Of a stretch of DNA of 64,000 nucleotides, positions 41,948 through 52,688 are shown piece by piece. Numbering within the stretch: position 1 is the stretch's first letter; every line of letters begins with the position of its first letter. The DNA comes from Halodesulfurarchaeum sp. (GTDB taxonomy: Archaea > Halobacteriota > Halobacteria > Halobacteriales > Halobacteriaceae), in the NCBI GenBank assembly GCA_034520565.1, contig JAXHNL010000002.1:1184001-1248000 (forward strand), read 5' to 3'. Both the position numbers and the translations under genes were made by a program. The notes beneath the pieces are model-generated. The model searched no databases, was not told the DNA's origin, and saw only the letters and a program-made list of their open reading frames with translations.

Positions 41948-43309
41948 TCAGCCGACCAGCCCGAGCCGGCTCAGGCCGCCCATGAGACCGAAACCGGCCA
42001 CGAGCAGCATGGTGACCGCGTAGTAGACCGTGTGTGCACGATCCGGCTGGAAGGCCTCGGGGAGGTGCTCGCGAACGATGTAGTAGTTCGCGAAGTAGAA
42101 GAACACCTGGAGAATCGCCATCAGGGCCGCGGAGAACACCATCAGCGTCACCGGCAGCTGGCCGATCACGAGTATCGGGATGATGCTCGCAGTGCCCATG
42201 ACCAGGATGAAGCCGAGTCGGAGACGGTCTGTGTCCATGTCCTGTTCGAGGACGAGCGGGAGCGTATCGGCGTTGACCCTCGCGGCACCGTCCATGACCG
42301 TGACGACCGTCGAGAAGAGCGCGGCGAAGGCGCCGGCGACAACGACGTAGAAGGTCCAGTCACCGAAGCCCTCCTGCAAAATGTTCCCGATGGCGATGGC
42401 CATGTTCGCGTCCTGTGGTGGGTTCGGGTAGAGGACGGCCGTGGCGAGCAGGATCATGCTCACGATGAGCACGAAACTGAAGCCAAAGGCCACACGGAAG
42501 TCCCGGATCCCGGTCCGGGTCCAGCTCGCGATGTATTCGTGGAACCGCTCCTCGGTCGGGTCGTAGTCTTGACTGCGAAGCGCTTGTGCGCCCTCCTTCT
42601 TTGCCATGCTCCAGCTGCCGATCGTGACGGTGGTGCTGAGTCCCGTCGGCGCGTAGCCGGCGAGGGCCGCGAACAACCCCAGAAAGATCGGCGAGGAGAG
42701 ATCGGGAAGCGTGAAAGCAGTCTCCGTCACCACGGCGGGCGAGGGTGGCGAGACGAACACGCCCAGAATGATGAATCCGCCGAGGACGAACACGAAGAGT
42801 TTCATCAGCATCTCGATCCAGGAGTATCGGGAGACCATTGTCAGCGCGACGGAGAACGCGATCAACCCGATGTACAGCTGAATGGGGGTGACCGAGGGAA
42901 TCAACGCCGCCAGGAACGTGGCCGCACTGAAGCCGACCGATGCGAGGATGACGGTCCACCCCACCAGATACACGAGCATCGTAAAGACCTGACCCCAGTG
43001 GTCGGGTCCCGGGAGGTCTCCATACCCTTCGACGGGGTTCCGGCCGATTCCGTAATTGTATCGAATACCGAGTTCCCACCCGCCGTATTTCGCGAGGAAG
43101 ATGATCGCGACGACCCAGACACCGAAGAATCCGTAGAAGCCACCGATGGTCGGGGCGAGCACGATGTGACTGCCCCCGATTCCGAGCAGGGCCCACATGA
43201 TCGAGGGCCCGAGGTGGTTGCGGATGAAGCCGCCCCAGTCCTCAGCCGGGTAGTTGAGGTCGGGCGTGTCCTCGGCCGTCGCGCTTCCCCGATTGTCGAC
43301 TGTTCCCAT
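41948..43309 (-). CDS. NRAMP-family (MntH-like) transporter
   Basis: LGPSIMWA..IGGSH..P..G; about 11 TM helices. Confidence 0.8.
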   Translation of the reverse strand: MGTVDNRGSATAEDTPDLNYPAEDWGGFIRNHLGPSIMWALLGIGGSHIVLAPTIGGFYGFFGVWVVAIIFLAKYGGWELGIRYNYGIGRNPVEGYGDLPGPDHWGQVFTMLVYLVGWTVILASVGFSAATFLAALIPSVTPIQLYIGLIAFSVALTMVSRYSWIEMLMKLFVFVLGGFIILGVFVSPPSPAVVTETAFTLPDLSSPIFLGLFAALAGYAPTGLSTTVTIGSWSMAKKEGAQALRSQDYDPTEERFHEYIASWTRTGIRDFRVAFGFSFVLIVSMILLATAVLYPNPPQDANMAIAIGNILQEGFGDWTFYVVVAGAFAALFSTVVTVMDGAARVNADTLPLVLEQDMDTDRLRLGFILVMGTASIIPILVIGQLPVTLMVFSAALMAILQVFFYFANYYIVREHLPEAFQPDRAHTVYYAVTMLLVAGFGLMGGLSRLGLVG

Positions 43310-43426
43310 TGGTGTCTGCTTTTGTCGGGGCAGGGGAACTAAACGTTCCGATGCGGTCGAAAACCGCCCGCTCGGTGGCGTGGGCGGACCGTGATTCTTA
43401 AGGGTCGAACGGGACTCCCTTGGAGT

Positions 43427-44365
43427 ATGAGTGACGAACAGACGGCCGATTCGGCCGACGATACCGCAGCCGACGAGGAGACGGCGGGGCTGCAAAACGG
43501 GGATTTCGTGAAGGTCGCCTACACCGCTCGAACTGTCGAGAGCGGTGACCTGGTCGACACCACGGACGAATCGGTCGCGGAGGAGGAAGGCGTTGACACC
43601 GAAGGGCAGGAGTTCGCCCCGCGAACGATCGTCCTGGGCGAGGGACATCTCTTCCCCGGCGTCGAGGAGGACATGATCGGCCGGGAGGTCGGCGAGGAGG
43701 GAACCGTCGAAATTGCCGCCGCCGAAGCTTTCGGCGAGTACGACGAGGAGGCCGTCCGCACGGTCAGCGCCGAGAAGATCCCGGAAGACGACCGCTACCC
43801 CGGTGCCCACGTCGACATCGACGGCCAGCACGGCCACGTCGAAACCATCATCGGGGGTCGCGCACGCGTCGACTTCAATCACCCACTCGCCGGGCAGGAC
43901 GTCGAGTACGAGTACGAGGTCCTGGACACGATCGAGGATCGCGTCGAGAAGGCCCAGGGCCTGTTGAACACCTACTTCGACGTCGACCTCGACATGCACC
44001 TCGAGACCGACGAGGTCGAGGAGGAAGTCGAAGTCGAGCGCGAGACGGAGGAAGACGAGGACGACGCGGAACCGGAGACGGAGGTCCAGACCGTCGAGAA
44101 GGAGACCCTCTACATCGAGAGTGCGCCGGAACTCCAGTTCAACCAGCAGTGGATGATGTCGAAACAGCAGATCCTCGGTGACGTCATCGACCAGATCGAC
44201 ATCGACCGGGTCATCGTCCAGGAGATCATCGACGGCGCTCCCGCGATGCCTGGCATGGGCGGGATGGGTGGCCTCGGCGACGTCGAAGCCCAGCTCGAGG
44301 ACGCCGACATCGACGCGGACGAGATCATGGACGAACTCGACGTCGACGAACTGGACGAGGAGTAA
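43427..44365 (+). CDS. Long-type FKBP peptidyl-prolyl isomerase (SlyD-like)
   Basis: GDFV..YT, VDTT, AFGEY, VDFNHPLAG. Confidence 0.93.
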   Translation: MSDEQTADSADDTAADEETAGLQNGDFVKVAYTARTVESGDLVDTTDESVAEEEGVDTEGQEFAPRTIVLGEGHLFPGVEEDMIGREVGEEGTVEIAAAEAFGEYDEEAVRTVSAEKIPEDDRYPGAHVDIDGQHGHVETIIGGRARVDFNHPLAGQDVEYEYEVLDTIEDRVEKAQGLLNTYFDVDLDMHLETDEVEEEVEVERETEEDEDDAEPETEVQTVEKETLYIESAPELQFNQQWMMSKQQILGDVIDQIDIDRVIVQEIIDGAPAMPGMGGMGGLGDVEAQLEDADIDADEIMDELDVDELDEE

Positions 44366-44444
44366 CTCACACGACCGCTTTTCAGCTGTTAGTGCTCTCC
44401 GAGGGCAGCGAAACGGCTTTCAGAAAGACGGTGCCGGTTTCGCC

Positions 44445-45071
44445 TCAGGCGATGTCCCGACTGGTGTCGACCCGGACGCGCTCGCTCAGATCGAGTTTGA
44501 TCGTCTCGTTCGGGATCCGGCCGCTTCGGTACTTGCGGACCGTGAGCCGACTGTCGATCTCGCTGCCCTTGATCCGCACGTCGAGGTCGAGCACGACGTC
44601 GGCCATGTGCTGGGTCGTCGATCGGAGCGCGGGCGTGTGATCGCCTTCGAGGGCGTGCAAAAAGGCAATTCCACCCGTGTTGAGCATGTGATTCCGGATC
44701 TCGTTCAGCAACTGCTCGTATCGAGCGCGTTCGGCTCGCTCAAGGGGATCGATCGGGTCGATGATGACCGTCATCTCGTCGAAGGCCTCCCTGACGGCCC
44801 GGCGAGTGGTGTCGATCGGGTCCTCCCCCGCAACCAGCCTGATTTCCGGATCGCCCGTTGGGGCCGTCGTCGCGTCGATCGCGTCCGCGACGGCGTCTTC
44901 CCGCCGATCGCTCGTGAGGTACAGCGTGGAGCGGGGCCGGGTCAATTCGTAAAGCAGCAACTCTCCCTGGCTCGCCGCCGGGGCCTGGAACGCGACGACA
45001 CTCCCGGCTGGGAGTCCCCCGGCGAGTTCGCGGTCGAGTACTTCGACCCCGGTGGAGAGTTTATCCGCCAT
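44445..45071 (-). CDS. RAD55/KaiC-like RecA-superfamily protein with degenerate Walker A
   Basis: LSTG..VLD..L.GGLPAGS; APAASQGE in place of GxxGxGKT; RKYRSG. Confidence 0.82.
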   Translation of the reverse strand: MADKLSTGVEVLDRELAGGLPAGSVVAFQAPAASQGELLLYELTRPRSTLYLTSDRREDAVADAIDATTAPTGDPEIRLVAGEDPIDTTRRAVREAFDEMTVIIDPIDPLERAERARYEQLLNEIRNHMLNTGGIAFLHALEGDHTPALRSTTQHMADVVLDLDVRIKGSEIDSRLTVRKYRSGRIPNETIKLDLSERVRVDTSRDIA

Positions 45072-45097
45072 CGACAGATCTGAGGGCACGGTTCCCA

Positions 45098-45709
45098 TTA
45101 AGCGTTCGCCCACGCGTCGGCGATTTCGTCGTACGCGTGTCTTGCACGCTCGTCCGTGACTGGCTGTCCGACCGTCGGCACTGCGTGGGCGGGCCCGGCC
45201 CCGAGTGTCTCCAGAACCTCCTCCGAGACGGAATCGACTCGGCTTAGCAGGACGCCGGCGACCGGGGTATCGACGCCTCGGCTCATCCGAATCGACTTGA
45301 CAGCGTCGGTGACGGACGCGGGTGTCGCTCTCGACACGACGACCGCCCGCTCGGCGTGTCTGAGCGGTGTCACCGCTCGTTCCGAGGCACCGGCGGCGCC
45401 ATCGAGGATAACCGGTCGGTCCGTCACGACGTTTCGCAGCGCCGCCTCCAGGTCCGTTCCCGGCGTCGCCCCCACGATCGAGACTCCGGGGTAGCGGTCG
45501 GATTCGGTCGCCGCCTCGCCGATGTTTCCACCGCACGCGAGCGTTTCGAGTCCCGAGTCCTCGACCCCGGCCCGGATGTGCAGGTTCGGCATGTCCACGT
45601 CGGCGTCGATCACGATCGGTTCCCGGCGTCGGTCCGAGAGCGTGACGGCGATTCCCAGTGCAGTCGTCGTTTTTCCCGATCCACCCTTTCCGCCAGTCAC
45701 CGCGAGCAT
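45098..45709 (-). CDS. MinD/ParA family ATPase
   Basis: [28 protein letters not shown]. Confidence 0.87.
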   Translation of the reverse strand: MLAVTGGKGGSGKTTTALGIAVTLSDRRREPIVIDADVDMPNLHIRAGVEDSGLETLACGGNIGEAATESDRYPGVSIVGATPGTDLEAALRNVVTDRPVILDGAAGASERAVTPLRHAERAVVVSRATPASVTDAVKSIRMSRGVDTPVAGVLLSRVDSVSEEVLETLGAGPAHAVPTVGQPVTDERARHAYDEIADAWANA

Positions 45710-45807
45710 GGTGGGTCGTGGTCCGATCCTGTGACTTAAACCTCCGGGCGGGGGATCGGCAGCCACATGCGAGGGATTCAATACGCTGCCACGAGGGCAT
45801 CTACGTA

Positions 45808-46710
45808 ATGCGTCACGAGCACGTCATCTCCGCCAAACAGTTCTCCCGCGCGGACATCGAGGCGGTGTTGGACCGGGCCGCCGACTTCGCTGCCAACCAG
45901 CGGGACGCGGTGGACGCCCACGAGGGCGCGCTGCTCGCCACCGCCTTTTTCGAACCCAGTACGCGGACGAAGATGAGTTTCGAAGCGGCGATCAAGCGAC
46001 TCGGCGGGGACGTCATCGACATGGGGCCCGTCGAGTTTTCGAGCGTGAAGAAAGGCGAGACCCTCGCGGACACGCTCCGGGTGATCGAGGGGTACGCCGA
46101 CGCAATCGTCCTCCGCCATCCGATGGAGGGTGCAGCGACGATGGCCACGGAGTATGTCGACGTCCCGCTTCTCAACGCCGGCGACGGCGCGGGGCAGCAC
46201 CCGACCCAGACGCTTCTGGATCTGTTCACCATCCGGGAGGAGGTCGGCCTCGACGACCTCACTATCGGGATCATGGGAGATCTCAAGTACGGCCGAACGG
46301 TCCACTCCCTCGCCCAGGCGCTGACGAACTTCCAGACCTCCCAGCACTTCATCAGCCCCGAGAGCCTCCGACTCCCGCGGAGCGTCCGCTACGACCTGCA
46401 CGAACAGGGGGCCCAGGTCCGGGAACACGAGGGCTTCGAGGAGATCTTGCCCGAACTCGACGTACTCTACGTGACCCGCATCCAACGGGAGCGCTTCCCG
46501 GACGAGGACGAGTACAAGGCCGTGGCCGGCCAGTACCGGCTAGACACGGAGACCGTCCTCGAACTGAACGAGAATCTCACGGTCCTCCACCCGCTTCCGC
46601 GTGTCGACGAGATCGCCCCGGGGATCGACGATCTTCCGGGGGCGAAGTACTTCGAACAAGCCCACAACGGAGTGCCGGTGCGAATGGCCCTCCTCGATAT
46701 GCTCCTATGA
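45808..46710 (+). CDS. pyrB: Aspartate carbamoyltransferase catalytic subunit
   Basis: [25 protein letters not shown]. Confidence 0.97.
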   Translation: MRHEHVISAKQFSRADIEAVLDRAADFAANQRDAVDAHEGALLATAFFEPSTRTKMSFEAAIKRLGGDVIDMGPVEFSSVKKGETLADTLRVIEGYADAIVLRHPMEGAATMATEYVDVPLLNAGDGAGQHPTQTLLDLFTIREEVGLDDLTIGIMGDLKYGRTVHSLAQALTNFQTSQHFISPESLRLPRSVRYDLHEQGAQVREHEGFEEILPELDVLYVTRIQRERFPDEDEYKAVAGQYRLDTETVLELNENLTVLHPLPRVDEIAPGIDDLPGAKYFEQAHNGVPVRMALLDMLL

Positions 46711-47171
46711 CCGAGACAGAAACCGAACTCCGCGTCAGCAAGATCGAGAACGGAACCGTCATCGACCACGTGACCGCCGGCGAGGCCCTTCGCGTGCTGG
46801 GGATCCTCGGGATCGACGGCACGGCGGGCGAAACGGTGAGTCTGGGCATCAACGTTCCGAGCGACCGACTCGGCCGCAAGGACGTGGTGAAAGTCGAGGG
46901 CATGGAACTGAGCCAGGAGGAAGTGGATGTCCTCTCCCTGCTCGCCCCCGACGCGACGATTAACATCATCCGGGACTACGAGGTCGTCGACAAATCCCGC
47001 GTCGAGCGTCCGGAGTCGGTTATCGGCGTACTCACCTGTCCGAACACGAACTGCATCACGAACGCGGGAGAGCCGGTCGATACCCACTTTGCGGTGCTCG
47101 ATGCCGGCGTCCAGTGTCGCTATTGTGAGACGATCGTTCGCGAGAACATCACCGATCACATCGAAACTTGA
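46707..47171 (+). CDS. pyrI: Aspartate carbamoyltransferase regulatory subunit
   Basis: [22 protein letters not shown]. Confidence 0.96.
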   Translation: MTETETELRVSKIENGTVIDHVTAGEALRVLGILGIDGTAGETVSLGINVPSDRLGRKDVVKVEGMELSQEEVDVLSLLAPDATINIIRDYEVVDKSRVERPESVIGVLTCPNTNCITNAGEPVDTHFAVLDAGVQCRYCETIVRENITDHIET

Positions 47172-47252
47172 GCCTGGACGGGAAACATCCGACCAGGCGT
47201 GGAACCCAGGGCTGCCCGAAAGCGTATATCCATCGCTGCCGTATTTTCCGAT

Positions 47253-47360
47253 ATGGGACGGACAATCCTCAAAGTCGGCGTGGCCCTGATCCTCGTAGCC
47301 CTGATCTGGAAGCTCGTTCTGGACAAGGACGAGGCCGAGAAAATCGACCGCATCGACTGA
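47253..47360 (+). CDS. 35-aa single-pass membrane microprotein
   Basis: MGRTILKVGVALILVALIWKLVLDKDEAEKIDRID; TATAT about 28 bp upstream; below the ORF-track cut-off. Confidence 0.6.
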   Translation: MGRTILKVGVALILVALIWKLVLDKDEAEKIDRID

Positions 47361-47443
47361 CGAACCCCGAGCGAATTTTCCGAGCCGGGTCTGGCGTGTG
47401 CGAGACCGGTTGACTTTAATGAGCCGGGGAAATAGCCCGTGAC

Positions 47444-47653
47444 ATGGCATTCGAAGAGGACGACGAGGTACGGCTCATCGACGAGCACAGCGAGTACGAT
47501 GGCGAAATCGGGACGATCACGCAGGTCGTCGAGACGATGTTCGGGGACGCGAACTACACAGTCTCCTTCGAAGACGGGCAGGAAGCCGGCGTCCCGGAGG
47601 ACCACCTCGAGACCGTTGACGGCGACGGCGACGAGGCGGAAGCCGACGACTGA
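47444..47653 (+). CDS. Small acidic SH3-like hypothetical protein
   Basis: 69 aa, typical haloarchaeal composition; heads the RNase P/proteasome operon. Confidence 0.8.
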   Translation: MAFEEDDEVRLIDEHSEYDGEIGTITQVVETMFGDANYTVSFEDGQEAGVPEDHLETVDGDGDEAEADD

Positions 47654-47658
47654 CTGGG

Positions 47659-48075
47659 ATGGGCCTTCCCTTCCACTACGTCGACCTCCGGGCGTTCTGC
47701 TATGCGACGGAGGACGAAACCCGCGTGCGTGACGCCCTGCGCACAGTCCTCCCACCGGAGGCGACGATCGAATCTGCGGTCGGGGAGGGACATCACGGCG
47801 ATCGGATCGTGATTCTCACGGCCCGCGTCGAGCGAGCCGCCGAGATCGAATCGATTTTCGACCGACTCGAAACGGGGGTCGGCCTCGAACGGATCCGCAC
47901 CGAACTCGAGGACCGGCTCGACGAGAACAACGCCCTCTACGTCGGCCTCGACAAACAGGCAGCCGCGCGCGGGGACGTCGAACTGGGCGACGGAATCACC
48001 CTTCGGGCGAAAGTCGAGGCCTACCCGGCAAAGCGGGATCAGGCCCTCGAAAACGCCCGTGACGCACTGACCTGA
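47659..48075 (+). CDS. Archaeal RNA-binding protein (DUF54-like)
   Basis: ATEDE.RV..AL, GHHG..I, LDKQAA, KVEAYP. Confidence 0.88.
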   Translation: MGLPFHYVDLRAFCYATEDETRVRDALRTVLPPEATIESAVGEGHHGDRIVILTARVERAAEIESIFDRLETGVGLERIRTELEDRLDENNALYVGLDKQAAARGDVELGDGITLRAKVEAYPAKRDQALENARDALT

Positions 48076-48076
48076 G

Positions 48077-48805
48077 ATGTACGACGCCGTTCACGTCGAA
48101 TCGGAAGCGACGACGACTCCGGGACGGTTCGCGCTGACGGTCTCCCGGGCTGGCTTCGACGGGATGGTCGTCCGAAATTGCCAGTCCGCGATGGTCGATG
48201 TGGACGCCAGTGTGCTTGCCGATCGGTACCAGATCGACGTCGTTCGCGGCATCGAAATCACCGCGAGGGACAAAGCGACAGCCAGTGGCGCGATCGGCAA
48301 CCGGCGACCGGAGGCGGAAATCCTGCTCGTCCGGGGCCGGGACCCGGAACTGAATCGCTTTGCCGTGGAATCGCCGCGGGTCGACGTCCTCGCCGATCCG
48401 ATGGGCGGTGACGGTGATGTCAATCACGTGATCGCCGAGGCGGCCGCAAGAAACGGCGTCGCATTCGAGGTGAACCTCGGTCCAGTCCTCCGCGAGTCCG
48501 GTGGCACCCGCGTCCGGGCGATTCGACGCCTCCGGAAACTCCGGGAGCTGATCGAAGACGCGAACGCTCCGTTCGTTGTGTCCGGCGCTCCCCGAACTCA
48601 CCTCGAAGTGCGCGGACCGCGGGAACTGCTCGCAGTCGGTGAGCAAATCGGGTTCGACCGAGAGCAGATCCGCGCTGGACTGGAGACGTGGGGCCAGATC
48701 GCCGAACGGACCCGCAAGCGCCGTGATCCGTCCCAGGTCGCTCCGGGCGTCCGGATCGAGGACGAACCCGAATCAGCCCGGGAAACCGGGTCGGACTCGA
48801 ATTGA
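48077..48805 (+). CDS. rnp3: RNase P subunit Rpp30
   Basis: PHP-like; NRFAVE..VDVL, NHVIA..A..GVAFE, FVVSG. Confidence 0.88.
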   Translation: MYDAVHVESEATTTPGRFALTVSRAGFDGMVVRNCQSAMVDVDASVLADRYQIDVVRGIEITARDKATASGAIGNRRPEAEILLVRGRDPELNRFAVESPRVDVLADPMGGDGDVNHVIAEAAARNGVAFEVNLGPVLRESGGTRVRAIRRLRKLRELIEDANAPFVVSGAPRTHLEVRGPRELLAVGEQIGFDREQIRAGLETWGQIAERTRKRRDPSQVAPGVRIEDEPESARETGSDSN

Positions 48806-48869
48806 CCGGCGCGGTCGGGGCGTGAACCGGATCCGTGGAGTTACAATCGTCCGCGTGTAAGACCGCCCC

Positions 48870-49346
48870 GTGCGACATCTCCCGAAACACCTCCGGCCCC
48901 GATATCGTTATCTCGCCGTGGAGATCGAGACCTGGCCCGAGGCCGAAATCGAGACTCGGGCTTTCACGGAGGCTCTCTGGTCGGCGGAACGGTCGCTTCT
49001 CGGAGATGCCGGCGCTGCCGCCGTCGATCTCCAGGTCCTTCAGGCGGACTTTCGGTCGGGTGGGGGATCGGCCATCGTTCGGGTCCGTCGGGACGCGGTC
49101 GAACGGGCTCGCAGCACGCTCGCCTGCCTCTCCGCCGTCGACGGGCAACCGGTTCGAATCGGCGTGCGGGGGGTCGGTGGAACGGTCCGGTCGGTGAGGG
49201 AACACTATCTGGGCGGCCCACCGGAACCGACCGGGACGGAATCGGTCGTGTACCGGGGCGAATCGGCAGTCGCCGTCCGTCGGGAGGATCGCGTTGACGT
49301 CGATTTCGGCGACACGTTCGTGGGCACGACGCCCCAGGAGCTCTGA
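48870..49346 (+). CDS. rnp2: RNase P subunit Pop5
   Basis: HLPKHLRPRYRYL, GVGGTV. Confidence 0.9.
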   Translation: MRHLPKHLRPRYRYLAVEIETWPEAEIETRAFTEALWSAERSLLGDAGAAAVDLQVLQADFRSGGGSAIVRVRRDAVERARSTLACLSAVDGQPVRIGVRGVGGTVRSVREHYLGGPPEPTGTESVVYRGESAVAVRREDRVDVDFGDTFVGTTPQEL

Positions 49347-49347
49347 C

Positions 49348-50079
49348 ATGCAGGGACAACAACAGCAAGCGTACGATCGTGGCATCACCATCTTCTCGCC
49401 GGACGGCCGACTTTACCAGGTCGAATACGCCCGGGAGGCAGTCAAACGCGGCACGGCCAGTATCGGGGTCCGGGCCAGCGACGGGGTCGCCCTCGTCGTC
49501 GACAAGCCCGTCCGGTCGCCGCTGGTCGAGCAGTCCTCGGTGGAGAAACTCCACAAGGCCGACAACCACATCGGGATCGCGAGCGCCGGCCACGTCGCCG
49601 ACGCCCGGCGACTCGTCGACTTCGCCCGCCGGGACGCCCAGGTGAACCGCCTCCGCTACGAGGAACCGATCGGCGTGGAGACGCTGACAAAGGACGTGAC
49701 CGATCACATCCAGCAGTTCACTCAGATCGGTGGCGCGCGACCGTTCGGGGTGGCACTGTTGATCGCTGGGCTGGATGACGGGACCCCACGACTCTTCGAG
49801 ACGGACCCGAGTGGCACGCCCTACGAGTGGCAGGCGATCGCCATTGGGTCCGACCGGGGCGAACTCCAGTCGTTCCTCGAGGCGGAGTACGACCCGGAAA
49901 TCGAACTTGCCGACGCGGTCGGGTTGGCGCTTCGGGCCCTCGGTTCCGTGGCGGAGGACGGGATTTCCCCCGACGGCGTCGGTGCAGCGACGGTCGACGC
50001 CGAAACCGGCCAGTATCTCGAACTCACCGAAGCCGAGATCAAGGCGTCCCTCGAGGACGCGGATCTCCTCGCAGAATAG
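49348..50079 (+). CDS. psmA: Proteasome alpha subunit
   Basis: YDRGITIFSPDGRLYQVEYA, RPFGVAL, TDPSG. Confidence 0.97.
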   Translation: MQGQQQQAYDRGITIFSPDGRLYQVEYAREAVKRGTASIGVRASDGVALVVDKPVRSPLVEQSSVEKLHKADNHIGIASAGHVADARRLVDFARRDAQVNRLRYEEPIGVETLTKDVTDHIQQFTQIGGARPFGVALLIAGLDDGTPRLFETDPSGTPYEWQAIAIGSDRGELQSFLEAEYDPEIELADAVGLALRALGSVAEDGISPDGVGAATVDAETGQYLELTEAEIKASLEDADLLAE

Positions 50080-50149
50080 CTCCGGCGGTGCCCCTGCCAC
50101 CGGGCCGGGACGTGCTACATTTTTCACCCCGCCCGCCGTAGCCATGTCC

Positions 50150-50875
50150 ATGATATCACTTGACGATGCCGTGACGGCGCGGTTGGAATCCCACGGCGCC
50201 CGCTTCGAGGTACTCGTGGATCCGGATGCGGCCCTGTCGATCAAACGCGGAGAGTTCGACGGGGATATCGAGGACGTCATCGCGGCCAGGGACGTCTTCG
50301 AGAACGCCTCGCGGGGGGACAGGCCCGCCGAATCCGACGTGGAGGCGGTCTTCGAGACGACGGACCCACTCGAGATCATTCCCGAGGTCATCAAACGCGG
50401 CGAGATCCAGATCACTGCCGAACAGCGCCGGGAAATGCTCGAACGAAAGGAGCGCGAACTCATCGAGCGCATCGCCCGCAACGCGGTCAACCCCCAGATG
50501 GACGACGCCCCGCACCCGCCGGATCGAATCGAGAACGCCCTCGAGGAAGCCGGATTCGACGTCGACCCGATGGAGCCGGTCGAGGCACAGGTCGAGGACG
50601 CGCTCGAGGCCCTTCGACCGGTCATTCCGATCCGCTTTGACGAGGTGACGATGGCCGTCCAGATCCCCCCGGACTACGCCGGTAGCGCACAGGCTCAGAT
50701 CCGCCAGTTCGGCGAACTCGAGCGCGAGGAGTGGCAGGCAGATGGCTCGTGGATCGGCGTCCTCACGTTCCCGGCCGGCCTCCAGAACGACTTCTACGAC
50801 CTGGTGAACGAACACACGAGCGGCGAGGCAGAAGTCCGGATCATCCGGGACGAGGACGAAATCTCCCGTCGGTAG
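50150..50875 (+). CDS. Ribosome maturation factor SBDS/Sdo1
   Basis: FEVLVDP, GEIQITAEQRR, PHPP.RIE.A. Confidence 0.95.
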   Translation: MISLDDAVTARLESHGARFEVLVDPDAALSIKRGEFDGDIEDVIAARDVFENASRGDRPAESDVEAVFETTDPLEIIPEVIKRGEIQITAEQRREMLERKERELIERIARNAVNPQMDDAPHPPDRIENALEEAGFDVDPMEPVEAQVEDALEALRPVIPIRFDEVTMAVQIPPDYAGSAQAQIRQFGELEREEWQADGSWIGVLTFPAGLQNDFYDLVNEHTSGEAEVRIIRDEDEISRR

Positions 50876-50918
50876 GACGGGTTCGACTGGAAGCGGCAGG
50901 CCGACGAGCAGAACGCGA

Positions 50919-51239
50919 CTATCCCTTCTTGAAACCGACGAGGAAGCCACCGGTGAACCCGGCCCCCACGGAGAGCGTCGAGAGGATCGTGTTCACCCAG
51001 GACGGCGGCGTCTGTGATGCGGCAGATTCGGTCACGTCAACGATTCCACCGGAGAGTCTGTTCCAGTCCACACTGAGGATGCCCCGGGACTCGAGAAACT
51101 TGAACAGGGCGAGTTCGATGCCCACGAGGACGGCGATCACCTTCGCGATCTTCTTGAAGGCAAAACCGATGATCGCCCCGATGACGGCCCCGCTGCCGAA
51201 TTCGAGGCCGAGTTGGGTCGGGTCCAGTTCGAGCGCCAT
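50919..51239 (-). CDS. FUN14 family membrane protein
   Basis: G..IGFAFKK.AK, G.LSVDW, GFTGGF..GF. Confidence 0.88.
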   Translation of the reverse strand: MALELDPTQLGLEFGSGAVIGAIIGFAFKKIAKVIAVLVGIELALFKFLESRGILSVDWNRLSGGIVDVTESAASQTPPSWVNTILSTLSVGAGFTGGFLVGFKKG

Positions 51240-51355
51240 GCTCACTGTTCGTCGACTCGTGACTAAGTCTCTTGTGTCCGTCGCCCCTCGGCGACGGGAA
51301 ATTGATCGCGAGCCCGCCGTGTCCTTAAGTAACCACACACCCTACGAACTGCCAA

Positions 51356-52660
51356 GTGACGGGATCGAACGACCGGGCCATCATTGCAAAACGGGTGGAC
51401 CGAGGCGACGCCGACACGACCGAGATCGAGCAACTCGCGGCCGCGGCCGGATACGACGTGGTCGGGACGTGTACCCAGCGACGGAAACCGGATCCCGCCC
51501 TCCAGCTCGGTGCGGGGAAGGTCGAGGAGCTGTCAGCCCAGCTCGAAGACACCGGCGCCGAAACTGTCGTCTTCGACAACCGCCTCGGTCCTTATCAGGT
51601 TTACAACCTGGGCAACGAACTCCCCGAAGGTGTCCGGGTAATCGATAAGTTCCGCCTCATACTCGACATCTTCGGCCAGCGGGCCCGGACGAAAAAGGCC
51701 CAACTCCAGGTCGAGTTGGCCGAACTTCGCTACGAACTCCCCCGGGCCGAAGCCAAAGCCAGCCTGGCAAAGCGGGAGGAACGCCCGGGATTCATGGGCC
51801 TGGGGGAGTACGACGAGAGCCGCGAACAGGACATCAAGGCCCGGATCAGTAACATCAGGGACGAACTCGAACGGATCGAGGAGACCGAGCGAAACCGCCG
51901 GGCCCAGCGACGCGAATCGGGCTTTGACCTCGTCGCGCTGGCCGGCTACACGAACGCCGGGAAGTCGACGCTCATGCAGGCACTCGCGGAAGACCTGGAG
52001 GTCGGCGAGAACCGGGATACCCATCCGGATCTCGATCCAACGGCCGAGCGCGAGGATCGGTTGTTCACGACGCTTGGCACCACCACGCGTCGACTCGATT
52101 TGGACCGGCGCGAGGCACTGCTCACCGACACGGTCGGGTTCATCAGCGATCTTCCTCACTGGCTCGTCGAGTCGTTCAAGTCCACGCTGGAATCGGTCTA
52201 CCGGGCGGATCTGGTCCTCCTGGTGGTGGACGTGAGCGAACCCGTGGAGGACATCCGGGAGAAACTCATGACGAGCCACGACACCCTCTACGAGCGAAAC
52301 GAGGCCCCAATTGTCACGGTCCTCAACAAGACCGACCGAATCGAGCACGAGGAGTTGGCCGACAAACGGGAGGCACTTTCGGCCCTGGCCCCGGAGCCGG
52401 TGGCCGTCAGTGCCACGGCGGGGACGAATCTCGACCGGATCAAAGCACGAATCCAGCGAGAACTCCCGGATCGCCAGCGTGAGCGACTCGTCCTCCCGAT
52501 GACCGATCGAACGATGAGCGTGGTCTCCTGGGTCTACGACAACGCGTTCGTGGAGGCGGTCGAGTACCGCGACGAGGAGGTCATCCTCGACTTCGAGGCC
52601 AGACCGGCGGTCGTCGAACAGACCCGGGCGAAGGCGAGTGACCTGGCGGCGGACGCCTGA
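51356..52660 (+). CDS. hflX: GTPase HflX
   Basis: LILDIFGQRA, GYTNAGKS, LFTTL, DTVGF, NKTD. Confidence 0.96.
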   Translation: MTGSNDRAIIAKRVDRGDADTTEIEQLAAAAGYDVVGTCTQRRKPDPALQLGAGKVEELSAQLEDTGAETVVFDNRLGPYQVYNLGNELPEGVRVIDKFRLILDIFGQRARTKKAQLQVELAELRYELPRAEAKASLAKREERPGFMGLGEYDESREQDIKARISNIRDELERIEETERNRRAQRRESGFDLVALAGYTNAGKSTLMQALAEDLEVGENRDTHPDLDPTAEREDRLFTTLGTTTRRLDLDRREALLTDTVGFISDLPHWLVESFKSTLESVYRADLVLLVVDVSEPVEDIREKLMTSHDTLYERNEAPIVTVLNKTDRIEHEELADKREALSALAPEPVAVSATAGTNLDRIKARIQRELPDRQRERLVLPMTDRTMSVVSWVYDNAFVEAVEYRDEEVILDFEARPAVVEQTRAKASDLAADA

Positions 52661-52688
52661 GTTCGGCTCTCCGCCGGGAACAATCCGT

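Noticed and set aside
47444-50875. Exosome genes missing from the rpp30-pop5-psmA-SBDS superoperon
   Set aside because: Absence of the exosome is an established feature of Halobacteria.
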